Shown here: piece after piece, positions 18,944-29,079 of the stretch | Layout: each line of letters starts with the position of its first letter | Numbering within the stretch: the first letter of the stretch is position 1 | Source: an uncultured virus (IMG/VR IMGVR_UViG_3300029305_002833) | Taxonomy: Duplodnaviria; Heunggongvirae; Uroviricota; Caudoviricetes | Length of the DNA stretch: 64,000 nt | Strand: one strand, 5' to 3' | Virus record (IMG/VR): IMGVR_UViG_3300029305_002833 | Notes under the pieces: generated by a model | The model's database searches: none | What the model was told of the DNA's origin: nothing | Seen by the model: the letters and a program-made list of their open reading frames with translations, nothing else | Made by a program: the position numbers and the translations under genes

Positions 18944-19456
18944 ATGGAAAACGGACAGAAGAAGTATTCGTGGAGCTGCTACGGCGGGAAGTTCTCAGCG
19001 CAGATGGTGGGCGAGCAGTTTGAGGCCATCGAGAAGCGCGACGGGAAGCTGACCAAAGCGGCGGTTGTGGACGCGGCGCGGGCCGAGGACAGCCCGATGC
19101 ACGGTATGTTCGAGTGGGACGACGCTGTGGCCGGTGAACTGTACCGGCAGGATCAGGCGCACTTCTATATCCGGCACCTGGAAGTGGAGATCGTGAAGGT
19201 CGGCAGCGGAAACGGCAAGACCGTGACGACGCGGGGCTTTGTGAACGTGACGCCGGTGAACGCTGGGAACAAGGAAAAGGTCGGGGCGTATGTGAACACG
19301 CAGAGCGCGACGCAGAACCCGGAGACATACAGGATCGTGATGGAACGGGCGAAGAACGAGCTGCGGATGTTTCGGGAGAAGTACCGGGACATCAAGGAAC
19401 TGGAGCCGGTGTTCGCGGTCATCAACCAGGTGACGATGGATTTGGAGGGCGCGTAA
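18944..19456 (+). CDS. Conserved-looking phage protein; probable partner of the RAMP-like gene
   Basis: LT..AVVDAAR.EDSPMHGMFEWDD.VAGELYR..QA motif; RBS GAAGGGAG directly after array 3. Confidence 0.7.
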   Translation: MENGQKKYSWSCYGGKFSAQMVGEQFEAIEKRDGKLTKAAVVDAARAEDSPMHGMFEWDDAVAGELYRQDQAHFYIRHLEVEIVKVGSGNGKTVTTRGFVNVTPVNAGNKEKVGAYVNTQSATQNPETYRIVMERAKNELRMFREKYRDIKELEPVFAVINQVTMDLEGA

Positions 19457-19963
19457 TGGCGGAGACAAGGCGGGGGACCGCGATGCTGCTGTTGACGGCG
19501 GGGGACGAACAGATCAGTTCGGCACTGGCAAGCGGGATCATGGCGGTGCGGGGAACCGGGGACCTCATCCGTCTCGACGCGGAGCGTCGAGCCACCTTCC
19601 CCATCGGGGGAAGGCTTGGTGAGGCGAAGCCGCTGAACCATGAAGAGGCCCAGGTGGTCAGCGCGGAGATGGACCGGCAGAAGGTGGCGGAGCTGCTGCG
19701 CGTGGCGATGCACAGGGAACCGGTGGATTACGCGGGACTGGCCTACGACGCCGAGGTGGCATACGGGGAGAGCCTGTATGAGCGCGGGTTCCTCGGGAAG
19801 ATCGGGGAGAAACTGTTGGTGGTGTACGCGCTGATCGTGCTGGCGTTTGAGAAACTGTTTGAGAGCGTGGGGAACGGGGAAACCGTCCGCTGACGCGGGG
19901 ACCTCATCCGCCCCTGACGGGGCACCTTCCCCAAAGGGGAAGGCTTTTGGGAGGTGATGGGCG

Positions 19964-20191
19964 ATGCCGGAGAAAGCGGGGTACAGGGTGTTTGACACGG
20001 GGCTGCGGGAGTATCTGGCATCGTTCAAAAAGCCGGTGAAGGGCTGCGACGTGGCGGTGACGCGGTGGACGGAGAACCCGGAGGGCGCGATGGCATTCAA
20101 GGTGTTGGCGGCGGCCAGGAGCGTGACCGCGTGGCTGAACGACGGCGGGAGCGCCGCGGTGGTGCTGGACGAGAAGGGAGTGATGGTATGA
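19964..20191 (+). CDS. Hypothetical protein
   Basis: GGAGGTG RBS; operon packing. Confidence 0.5.
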   Translation: MPEKAGYRVFDTGLREYLASFKKPVKGCDVAVTRWTENPEGAMAFKVLAAARSVTAWLNDGGSAAVVLDEKGVMV

Positions 20192-20573
20192 GCGAGGTTT
20201 GGACGATGATGCTCAAGGGCGCCAGCGTCGGGGCCTGGGTGGTGGGCGCGGGACTGGTGCTGGCGATTGCGCTGCCGGTGTTCGGGGTGCTGTTCGCGGT
20301 GATCGCGAGGGTGTTTTCGATGGGGAAGAAGGAGGATGAGCTATGACACATCCGACGCCGCAGACGCCGGAGGAGATGCAGCGGGACACGCTGGGCGTGC
20401 TGGCCGGGATATGCGACGACATGAAACGCTGCGCGATGGAGCAGGATGTGGTGGGACTGAAGACGCATTACGGGTTCTTCAAGACCACAATGGGGCGGCT
20501 GGATGTGATTATGGGAAGCATCCGGCAGGCGCCGAGGGATTTTTAAGACTACATTTTCAGGAGGGTATACGAG

Positions 20574-20873
20574 ATGGGTAAGTATCTGATTAAGGTTGAG
20601 AGCATGGACCATGACGAGGTTATTGAACAGCAGTATCAGGAAGGAATCGAGTGCGACGGATTTGTCATCATGGCGGACAAGGGCAAAGGTGCCACCGTGG
20701 CGTTGCATACAGTGAGCGTCGACACCATCTCCGATATGATCAATGGCGATAGCAAAATGATCCAGGCGGGCATCCTGGCCGATGCCAAGCGGCGGATCAT
20801 GGATATTGTCATGAAGGATAAAGCCGAGTCGAAGGTCGAAGCGCTGAAGGCGCTGTTTGATGGACTGAGGTGA
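20574..20873 (+). CDS. Hypothetical protein
   Basis: AGGAGG RBS; protein-like ORF. Confidence 0.6.
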   Translation: MGKYLIKVESMDHDEVIEQQYQEGIECDGFVIMADKGKGATVALHTVSVDTISDMINGDSKMIQAGILADAKRRIMDIVMKDKAESKVEALKALFDGLR

Positions 20874-21202
20874 GCGCCATGAGGAAGATCATCGCGCTGA
20901 TGGCCGTGGTTGTGGCGGTGGCGCTGATGCTGGCGGCCTGCGGCGAGGTCAAGATTGGGAACCGGGTGGTATCTGGCAGCGACGTGCAGACCTTCACCTA
21001 CGCCTACATCGCCCTGGGCGGCGAGCGGCTGATTCAGGGGTACATCACTCAGTGGCGGGATTACGACAATTCCGACGTGGTGCAGGTGATGATCGACGGG
21101 AAGTATTACCTGACCCATTACAGCAATGTGGTGATGGTAGCCGACCCGGCCCAGGGCGGGCTGAATTACAGCAACAGCAGCCTTTGGGGCGTGGAGGAAT
21201 AG
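20870..21202 (+). CDS. Lipoprotein
   Basis: Signal peptide with lipobox LAAC. Confidence 0.7.
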   Translation: MSAMRKIIALMAVVVAVALMLAACGEVKIGNRVVSGSDVQTFTYAYIALGGERLIQGYITQWRDYDNSDVVQVMIDGKYYLTHYSNVVMVADPAQGGLNYSNSSLWGVEE

Positions 21203-21799
21203 GGGTTCATGGGGCGATCTCGTGCGCGGGAAGCGTGCGCGAAACCTTTGTGGTCGCCCCGATATGGGACGCGGCTGTACCGGAGACGGACGGCACACGG
21301 GTTCGGAGCCCGGGCGTCCCCCTGATATGGGGCATTGGAAATACGCCACGTTGGTGATTATCGCTCGCTCGTTTGCACCAACGCCGGGGGAGAACCCTGG
21401 GTGCCTCACCGATACAAGGGTTGAAGATGGGATGGCGGCTTGGCCCTTGTCACATTGAGCGCAATCAATGGTTGTTTCGCTGTGAGCACAAGGCGAAGCG
21501 ACACGAGATGCCATCGGGAATAGTGATGACGGTGAGCATGCGAGAAAGGAGGTTGCCGATGGCCTGGTTACGGTGGTATGCGCAGAGGGGCATCGTCTGG
21601 TATGAAGATGAGATCGACGTCCCGCCGGATGCGGAAAAGCCCGACTTCCGCTTGAATACCGGCTCGGGGGATGTCGCGGGGCCGTTCTGCGTGGCGGCCA
21701 GGGTTCGCAGGAGCACAGCGGCGACGGGCGAGTAGATACGCGGGCGTCGGGCATGCGCGTTTTGTACGGCGGGGACGAAGGGTTATCCCCGCCGGGTAT

Positions 21800-21875
21800 C
21801 GGGAAGTAGCTCAGTCGGATGAGCGGCGGCCTTATAAGCCGTGTGACGTGGGTTCGAGTCCCACCTTCCCGACCA
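21800..21875 (+). tRNA. tRNA-Ile(TAT)
   Basis: Full cloverleaf: CGGGAAG/CTTCCCG acceptor, GCGGC-CT TAT AA-GCCGT, TTCGA loop, CCA. Confidence 0.9.
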
Positions 21876-21914
21876 CAATATAAATGACGTGAATTAAGTT
21901 AGTAGGTGGTAAGC

Positions 21915-22349
21915 ATGAAAAACGGAGACTACATACTTGTCAGAGCGCCGGATGAATACCCAGGCACGAAATATAGGGGAAGATATTGCTACGAACATTT
22001 GTTGGTGTTTTGGCAGACACACGGGTTTCTTCCGAAAAATGGAGAGATAGTCCATCACAAAGATGGGAACAAGCATAATAACTCCCCGGAAAATCTGGCC
22101 TTAATGAAAACAAGTGAACATGTTTCAATGCACAAAAAAGAGCAATCCAAGAACTATGTTGAACTTATCTGTCCCGGCTGTCAAAAGGTGTTCGTCAGGG
22201 AAAAAAGACAGACACACTTGGTTAAACACGGGAATAGCGCTACTTGCTGTTCAAGACATTGTGCTGGAGTGTTTTCCAATCTAAATAAAAGCGAGAAGGA
22301 TGTACGTTTGGCAAGGATGGTTGTAAGGGAGTTTGTAATGAATCAGTAG
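21915..22349 (+). CDS. HNH endonuclease with zinc ribbon
   Basis: VHHKDGNKHNNSPENL motif; low GC. Confidence 0.85.
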   Translation: MKNGDYILVRAPDEYPGTKYRGRYCYEHLLVFWQTHGFLPKNGEIVHHKDGNKHNNSPENLALMKTSEHVSMHKKEQSKNYVELICPGCQKVFVREKRQTHLVKHGNSATCCSRHCAGVFSNLNKSEKDVRLARMVVREFVMNQ

Positions 22350-22490
22350 GTCCGGGGTTCGAGTCACCGATCTCCCTCCAAATGGGGAAAGCGAGTCACG
22401 ATGGGTGCGTTAGGCGATAGCGGATACGTTACCGACGTTAAGAGTGGAGACTTGCAGTGTGGCGCGTGGAGGGTTGCGCCGCGCATTCAA

Positions 22491-22567
22491 GGCGGGGTTG
22501 CGCAGTTGGTCAGCACATTTGCCTCATAAGCAAAAGGTCGCGGGTTCGAGTCCCGCCCCCGCTACCA
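22491..22567 (+). tRNA. tRNA with CAT anticodon (Met or Ile2)
   Basis: GGCGGGG/CCCCGCT acceptor, TTTGC-CT CAT AA-GCAAA, TTCGA loop, CCA. Confidence 0.85.
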
Positions 22568-22755
22568 CAAGTCCGGTTCGATTCCGGATCATTGGCAGAG
22601 GGCATGGTTGCGACGGGGTTCTCCTGGCAGTATGGGAGATGATTGTTCCGGGTAAGTTGCCGACTCCCGGATAACCTACGGGCTTGACCCGACAGTAGGA
22701 CAAGGCCCGACCGCATGGAAAGGTGGTCGTTAAACTGGCGAAGATTCCATCACGT

Positions 22756-22845
22756 GGGAGGTTGGCCGAGCGGCTTATGGCGGCGGTTCGCTAAACCGTT
22801 GATCGCGCAAGCGGTCCGCAGGTTCGAATCCTGTGCCTCCCGCCA
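22756..22845 (+). tRNA. tRNA-Ser(GCT) with long variable arm and atypical C33
   Basis: GGGAGGT/GCCTCCC acceptor, G73, GCGGT-TC GCT AA-ACCGT, CCA. Confidence 0.8.
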
Positions 22846-22871
22846 ATTCAATTATTGCGAAGGAGATATAT

Positions 22872-23360
22872 ATGGAGGAATGGAGAGATTTATGCGGACA
22901 TGAAGCATACAGCGTTTCTTCTAACGGAAGAATCATGAGGAAGGATACAGGCAGAATCTACAAAGGAACTGTTAATAGTCGTGGATATGTCAGATTTGAT
23001 TTATCCGAACATGGGAGGAGATTTGTAGTTGCTGCACATAGGGCTGTCGCAGAGGCATTTATACCAAAGGTTGATGGGAAATCTTATGTCAATCACAAAG
23101 ATGGGAATAAGTTGAACAACAACGTGCAAAACCTTGAATGGTGTACATGCAGCGAAAACACTACACATGCGTTTAACGTCCTTGGGCGTAAACCGTCGAA
23201 GAGGTTTGCTGTGAAGTGCGTAGAGACGGGAGTTATTTACGATTCTGCATTGGAAGCCCAAAGGCTAACAGGAATAAGCAATGTGCTGATTCACAGGTGT
23301 GTGAGAGGGATTAGAAAATCAACTCATAATTCGCATTGGGTATACGCAGAAACGAATTAA
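22872..23360 (+). CDS. NUMOD4-HNH endonuclease
   Basis: EEWR..YSVSSNGR, HRAVAEAFIP, VNHKDGNKLNNNVQNLEW. Confidence 0.9.
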   Translation: MEEWRDLCGHEAYSVSSNGRIMRKDTGRIYKGTVNSRGYVRFDLSEHGRRFVVAAHRAVAEAFIPKVDGKSYVNHKDGNKLNNNVQNLEWCTCSENTTHAFNVLGRKPSKRFAVKCVETGVIYDSALEAQRLTGISNVLIHRCVRGIRKSTHNSHWVYAETN

Positions 23361-23532
23361 CACAGATAGCGCTGGTTCAGGGTTAGATTCCCTGCGTCGG
23401 CTCCATCATCATGCAGGGCCAGGGACGGGGCGCGTATACCCGACTTTCCCGCGATCGCCAAGGGGATTGTCCTGCCGGGCGCTGGTGGGTTCGACTCCCA
23501 CCCTCTGCTTCAACCATGAAAGCGAGTGAGAG

Positions 23533-23761
23533 TATGACCAATTCGGAGAAGCTGGAGCAGGTCGAAGAGGAGATTTTCAGGATCGGCGAGGCCGTGGAGC
23601 AGTTGGAGGGCGTGCGCGGCATGGAGGACGTGATCGGGCAGCTGAGGGACTGCGCCGTCGTGCTTGGGTTCGAGAGAGATCAGTATTTCAAGCTGGTCAG
23701 GGAGGAAGAGGACCGGGAGGAAGAGGCGCTGCGGAGGGAGTATTTCGCGGCGGTACTGTGA
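23533..23761 (+). CDS. Hypothetical protein
   Basis: Acidic helical ORF in operon orientation. Confidence 0.45.
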
Positions 23762-24104
23762 GAGATTACGAGGATGGAGGATGTACGGATGATGGTTGGA
23801 TATAAGACGCGGAAGAATCGGTTGAGGGGGACGACCTCATCCGACCCGACGCTGCGCGTCGGCCCACCTTCCGCCCAAGGGCATGGCTGCGCACACCCTG
23901 AACCGGCAGCTTCGCTGCCTGGGGAAGGTTTAGGAGGCCGGAAGGTGTTCGACGTTTGGTATACGCCGACGATCAAGGACGTGTACGCGCAGTTCAAGGT
24001 GGCGGAGCAGATGCTTTCCAGGGTCAATGACCCGAATTTGGCGTATGTGAAGCGGAAGGTGTACGAGGTCGAGGATTTGATCTGGCAGTTCATAGGAGGG
24101 TGAG

Positions 24105-25091
24105 ATGGGTAACAAGAGACTGAACATCAGCAACGTGTACGCCGATACCCGGAGCATGAGCCGGGAGGAATGGCTGGAGAGCCGGCGGAACGGCATCGGC
24201 GGCAGCGACGCCAGCGCGATCCTGGGTGTGAACCCGTACTCTTCGCCGCTGAAGGTGTACATGGACAAGATCGGCAAGGGCGTGGAAGAGGAAGAGAACG
24301 AGGCCATGCGGCAGGGCACGGACCTGGAGCAGTATGTGGCGGACCGGTTCGTGGACTTCATGGAAAAGCAGGGCACGCCGAAGAAGGTGCGCAAGTGCAA
24401 CCGGATACTGCGGCACCCGGACTATCCGTGGATGCTGGCGAACATCGACCGGGAGGTGCTGAATGAGAACGCGGGCCTGGAGTGCAAGACCACCAGCCCC
24501 TACAGCAAATTCCGGTTCGACGAAGGTGAGATCAATCCGCACTACTTTTGGCAGTGCATCCACTACATGGCCGTCACCGGGGCGGAGCGGTGGTATGTGA
24601 GCATCGTGGTGCTGGGGAAGAGCCACCATGTGTTTTGCATCGAGCGGGACGAGGACGCGATTGCCACGCTGATCGAAGCGGAGCGGGCGTTCTGGGAGGA
24701 GCATGTGGTGCCCAGGGTACCCCCGCTGCCCACCGGGAGCGAGGCGGACGACGAGGCGCTGAACGCGCTGTACCCGGCGGCGGAGGAGACCGAGGCCACG
24801 ATGGCGCTGGACGGGCTGGAGGATTTACTGAACCTGCGGGCCATGAAGGTGCAGCAGCGGGACGCGCTACAGGCGGAGATCGACGGCATGGACCAGCAGA
24901 TCAAGGCCGCCATGGGGACGTTTGAGAAGGGCGTGAGCGAGAGCTGGACGGTGCGGTGGACCAATACCAGCAGCCGGAGGATCGACACCAAGGCGCTGAA
25001 GGCCGCAATGCCGGATGTAGCGGAGAGGTTCACGAAGGTGACGGCGGGGCGGAGGTTCACGGTGACGAAAGTGGATACGGGGGATGAATGA
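24105..25091 (+). CDS. YqaJ-like viral recombinase exonuclease
   Basis: WL..RR.GIGGSD, G..LE, ANID, LECKT and Q..HYM motifs. Confidence 0.92.
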   Translation: MGNKRLNISNVYADTRSMSREEWLESRRNGIGGSDASAILGVNPYSSPLKVYMDKIGKGVEEEENEAMRQGTDLEQYVADRFVDFMEKQGTPKKVRKCNRILRHPDYPWMLANIDREVLNENAGLECKTTSPYSKFRFDEGEINPHYFWQCIHYMAVTGAERWYVSIVVLGKSHHVFCIERDEDAIATLIEAERAFWEEHVVPRVPPLPTGSEADDEALNALYPAAEETEATMALDGLEDLLNLRAMKVQQRDALQAEIDGMDQQIKAAMGTFEKGVSESWTVRWTNTSSRRIDTKALKAAMPDVAERFTKVTAGRRFTVTKVDTGDE

Positions 25092-26871
25092 TGCTGACGT
25101 TGGGTTCACTGTTTGACGGGATCGGCGGGTTCCCGCTGGCCGGGGTGATGTGCGGCGTCAGGCCGGTATGGAGCAGCGAGATCGAACCGTTCCCGCTGAA
25201 GGTGACGGCGGCGCGGTTCCCCGACATGAAGCAGTTGGGGAGCGTCACGGACATCGACGGCGGGGCGGCGGAGCCGGTGGACATCATCAGCTTCGGAAGC
25301 CCGTGCCAGGATTTGAGCGTGGCCGGGAAGCAGCTCGGCATACACGAAGGTCAGCGGTCCAACCTGTTCTTTGAGGCCGTGAGAATCATAAAGGAGATGA
25401 GAAAAGCCGATGAAGCCCGTGGAAGGACAGGTAAGTCTATTCGACCTCGATTTGCCGTCTGGGAAAATGTGCCCGGAGCGTTCAGCAGCAACAAGGGCGC
25501 GGACTTCAAAGCCGTCCTCGAAGCCCTTGCGGGGGTCATTGAAGCAGACGTTTCAATTCCTCAACCTAAGAGATGGGATACCGGGGGGGGGTATCGTGGG
25601 AAACGGCTGGAGCCTGGCCTGGCGGGTCTACGACGCTCAATACTGGGGAGTGCCCCAGCGCCGCAAGAGAATCTACCTTGTCGCAGATTTTGCAGACGAA
25701 CGCGCCGGAGAAATACTATTTGTCACCGAAAGCGTGCGCGGGCATTCTTCGCAGGGCGGAGAAGCGGGGGGAAGGAACTGCCGCCGATGCTGAGGGAGGC
25801 GTTGGAGGAAGCGGTGGCGTTAGGTGTTTGAATCCGTGGGATTCGCAAAGCATACGCCAGTACGACGTGAACGGCGTCGCGCCGAACATCAACGCGAACA
25901 GCCACGGCGGACAGAACCGTTGGGGCGTGTGCTATCCAGCCGCTTTCATGGGTGGACAGGGCGCGAAGGCGCGGAGCATTGCCTACTGCGAAGATGGGAC
26001 CACGCCGACGTTGAGGGCGGCACCGAGCGGCGGAAATCAAGTGCCGGATGTGTGCTATCCAATAAACACAATGGTTGCCACCCGTGGCGGCAGGGACGAT
26101 ATGCGAACGTGCTTCGGAATCGGAGAACCGGGCGACCCACAATTTACGATCAGTGCCGCGCACGAACACGGCGTGTGCTACGCCATACAGGGAAACATGG
26201 TAGACCGAGACACAAACCAGAATGGCCCCGGATACATGGTGGATGATTGCCCCACGCTGAACACAGTGGATAAGCACGCGGTTTGCTACCCTGAGACGGC
26301 CAGAGCGCTGACGGCGCGGCACGATTCCAGCCCGTGCGTGGACAGGGGACAGAATGTGGTAGCGCTGGCGTGGGCGAACAGCGGGAATGCCGGTTTGAGC
26401 GAAGGCGACGTAGCGCCGACCATCAAGGCGGCGAGGAACGGGGAGCCTGCGATCGTGGCTTTCAGCGCCGGAGGCGGCAAGGCGCGGGAGTATGACGGGC
26501 ATTATGGGAACATATCGCCTACGATTCGCGCAAACGCCGCGAATACGAAACCGGCGGTATGTGTTGGAAACGGCCAATTACATCAAACGTACATGGACAA
26601 CAAGACCGGAGCGCTGAACTGTATGCACGATCAGCAGGCGGTGCTTACGGATGGTGAGCCGCCCCGCAAATACATCGTGCGACGCCTGACGCCCACGGAG
26701 TGCGCGAGGTTGCAGGGTTTCCCGGACGAATGGTGCGAGGGGCTGGGCGGCAGCGACAGCGCGATCTACAAGGCATACGGGAATGGATTGGCGCTGCCGT
26801 GCGCGTATGACGTGATGCAGAGGATAGCGCGGTTTGTGGAACGAGAAAAGGAGGAAAGGCAAGTTGGATGA
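25088..26871 (+). CDS. C5 cytosine DNA methyltransferase, split by two frameshifts at poly-G tracts
   Basis: Motifs I, IV and VI (FDGIGG, PCQ, ENV) in one frame, motif VIII (PQRRKRI) in a second, and TRD plus IX/X (RRLTPTECARLQGFP, GN) in the third. Junctions fall at G9 (25583-25591) and G6 (25766-25771). Confidence 0.88.
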
Positions 26872-27112
26872 CAAGGCGTTGAAGATCGTTCGGGATTACA
26901 TCATCGAGCATCTGGACAAGAGCGACCCGGAGCCGAAGTTTGAGGTGTACATGGTCTGGAAGGCCAAGGCGCTTCAGAACTGGAAGTACCTGATCTCCAG
27001 CACGTTGTTCGACGGCATGTACTACGAGCTGACCTACAACGGCGACAAGAAGGAATGGTACATGGACGCCTACAAGAAGTTTGAGAGCCGCGTGATCGCG
27101 GATGCGGAGTAA
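26868..27112 (+). CDS. DUF6275-like protein
   Basis: VW..K.LQNWK..DGMYYELTYNGDKKE.Y.DAYKK motif. Confidence 0.75.
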
Positions 27113-27125
27113 GGAGGATACATCA

Positions 27126-28019
27126 ATGGAGCAGCAGACGATCAAGACCCCGAAGAACACGGCGGCGCTTGCGCCGAAGACAACAGCGGCGGTGGCGAAG
27201 AAGAAAGGCGGGACGGTGGTTTCGTACCTGAACGACGCGGGCTTTCAGAAGCAGTTGGCGGCGGCGCTGCCGAAGTTCCTGGACACGGACCACTTCGTGA
27301 GGTCGGCGCTTACGGAGTTCCGGCTGAACCCGGCGCTGGCCGAGTGCAGCGTGCCCAGCGTGCTGGGCTACTTCATGCAGGCGGCGGCCTGCGGCCTGGA
27401 GCCCGCGAGCGTGCTGGGGCAGTGCTACCCGGTGCCGTTCAACAACAAGAAGACCGGGCAGAAGGAAGTGCAGTTCATCTGCGGATACAGGGGAATGCTT
27501 TCAATCGCCCGCAGGAGCGGCGAGATTTCCAGCGTTGACGCGCAGGTTGTCCACGAGAAGGACGAGTTCGACATTGAATACGGGTTGGAGCCCAAATTGA
27601 CGCATAAGCCTTTCCTCTCCGGCGATCCTGGAGCGATGCTTGGCGCGTATGTGGTGGTCAGGTTCAAGGACAAGGACGCCGCGCCGGTCATCAAGTATAT
27701 GCAGAAATTTGAGATCGACAAGCATCGCAAGCGCAGCAAGGCGGCAACCAGCGGTCCGTGGGTTACGGACTATGAGAGCATGGCCCTGAAAACTGTTTTC
27801 AGAACCGTATTCAAGTGGCTGCCGGTGAGCATCGAGCAGGTGATGGCGACCACCGGCGACGGGGCCGTGGCGAACTACAACCCCAATGCGGTGGACCCGG
27901 AGGACGCGCTGGAGATCGAGTTCGTGGCGGCGGAGGACAATGGACAGGACGAAGCGCCGGCGCAGGATGTGGACGCGGCGGTGGACGCGATGGCGGAGCA
28001 GATGGGGATGAAGGCGTAA
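27126..28019 (+). CDS. recT: RecT-family single-strand annealing protein
   Basis: GLEP..GQCY.VPF, GYRGM..IARRSG, PW.TDYE.MA.KT; pairs with YqaJ. Confidence 0.92.
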   Translation: MEQQTIKTPKNTAALAPKTTAAVAKKKGGTVVSYLNDAGFQKQLAAALPKFLDTDHFVRSALTEFRLNPALAECSVPSVLGYFMQAAACGLEPASVLGQCYPVPFNNKKTGQKEVQFICGYRGMLSIARRSGEISSVDAQVVHEKDEFDIEYGLEPKLTHKPFLSGDPGAMLGAYVVVRFKDKDAAPVIKYMQKFEIDKHRKRSKAATSGPWVTDYESMALKTVFRTVFKWLPVSIEQVMATTGDGAVANYNPNAVDPEDALEIEFVAAEDNGQDEAPAQDVDAAVDAMAEQMGMKA

Positions 28020-28131
28020 GGACAGGGGATAGGCGCGAGGCGGGGCGTTGGGGACCTCGTCCGCCCCGCTTTGCGGGCCACCTTCCCCATAGGGGAAGGC
28101 TTTTGGAGGACATACGGAGAGAAGGGATTAC

Positions 28132-28581
28132 ATGGATGGGAAGCGGGGGTACTTTGGGATCGGGATATTCCACGGGAAGACGGAGGCGAACGTTGGGACG
28201 CTGTGGCGGTCGGCGGCGATTCTGGGGGCGGATTTCATATTCACCATCGGGCGGCGGTACAGGCACCAGTGCAGCGACACGATGAAGGCTCCGCGGCACA
28301 TACCGCTGTATAACTACGCGGACTACGATGACTTTTTCAGGCATCTGCCGTGGAATTGCCCGGTGATCGCGGTGGAACTGGCGGACAACGCCGTGCCGCT
28401 GGAGCGGTTCGAGCATCCGGAGCGGTGCGTGTACCTGCTGGGCGCGAAGGACCACGGGCTGCCGGAGAGTGTGCTTTGCCGTTGCCAGAACACGGTGCAG
28501 TTGATCGGGGATTACTGCATGAACGTGGCGACGGCGGGGAGCATCGTGATGTATGACAGGGCAGCAAAGGCAGCGAGATAG
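28132..28581 (+). CDS. SpoU/TrmH-family (SPOUT) RNA methyltransferase
   Basis: NVGTLWRSA..LGA, LG..DHGL and MNVATAGSIV.Y motifs. Confidence 0.85.
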   Translation: MDGKRGYFGIGIFHGKTEANVGTLWRSAAILGADFIFTIGRRYRHQCSDTMKAPRHIPLYNYADYDDFFRHLPWNCPVIAVELADNAVPLERFEHPERCVYLLGAKDHGLPESVLCRCQNTVQLIGDYCMNVATAGSIVMYDRAAKAAR

Positions 28582-28663
28582 CAACATGTAAGCGGGATTT
28601 ACAGGTTCGCAGAGGGACATACGAGAGGAGATTCATTATGAGAGACGGAGGATGAATGAGGGT

Positions 28664-29065
28664 ATGAGCAACGCATACAACCATGCGACGATTATCGGGA
28701 ACCTGTGCAACGAGCCGGAATTTGCGACGACCCAGAGCGGGATTTCGCGGGTGAATTTCCGGGTGGGGGTGCAGCGGAGGTTCAAGGACAAGAACACGGG
28801 GCAGAAGGTGGCCGACTTCATCAGCGTGGTGGCCTGGCGCAATACCGCGGAGTTCGTGCGGCAGTACATGCACAAGGGCGATCTGGTGGTGGTGGACGGG
28901 GAGATTCAGACCCGGAGCTATGAGGCCCAGGACGGGACCAAGCGGTATGTGACTGAGATCAACGCCGAGGATGTGAGGCGGCCGATACAGAGGGCGGCTG
29001 CGCAGAGCGGCGGCGGTTCCGATGATGGGTTTGTCGAAGTAGATGATTCTGGTCTCCCTTTCTAA
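28664..29065 (+). CDS. ssb: Single-stranded DNA-binding protein
   Basis: IIGNL, ADFI.VVAW, G..QTRSY and acidic ..LPF tail. Confidence 0.92.
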   Translation: MSNAYNHATIIGNLCNEPEFATTQSGISRVNFRVGVQRRFKDKNTGQKVADFISVVAWRNTAEFVRQYMHKGDLVVVDGEIQTRSYEAQDGTKRYVTEINAEDVRRPIQRAAAQSGGGSDDGFVEVDDSGLPF

Positions 29066-29079
29066 AACGGTGATGCCAC

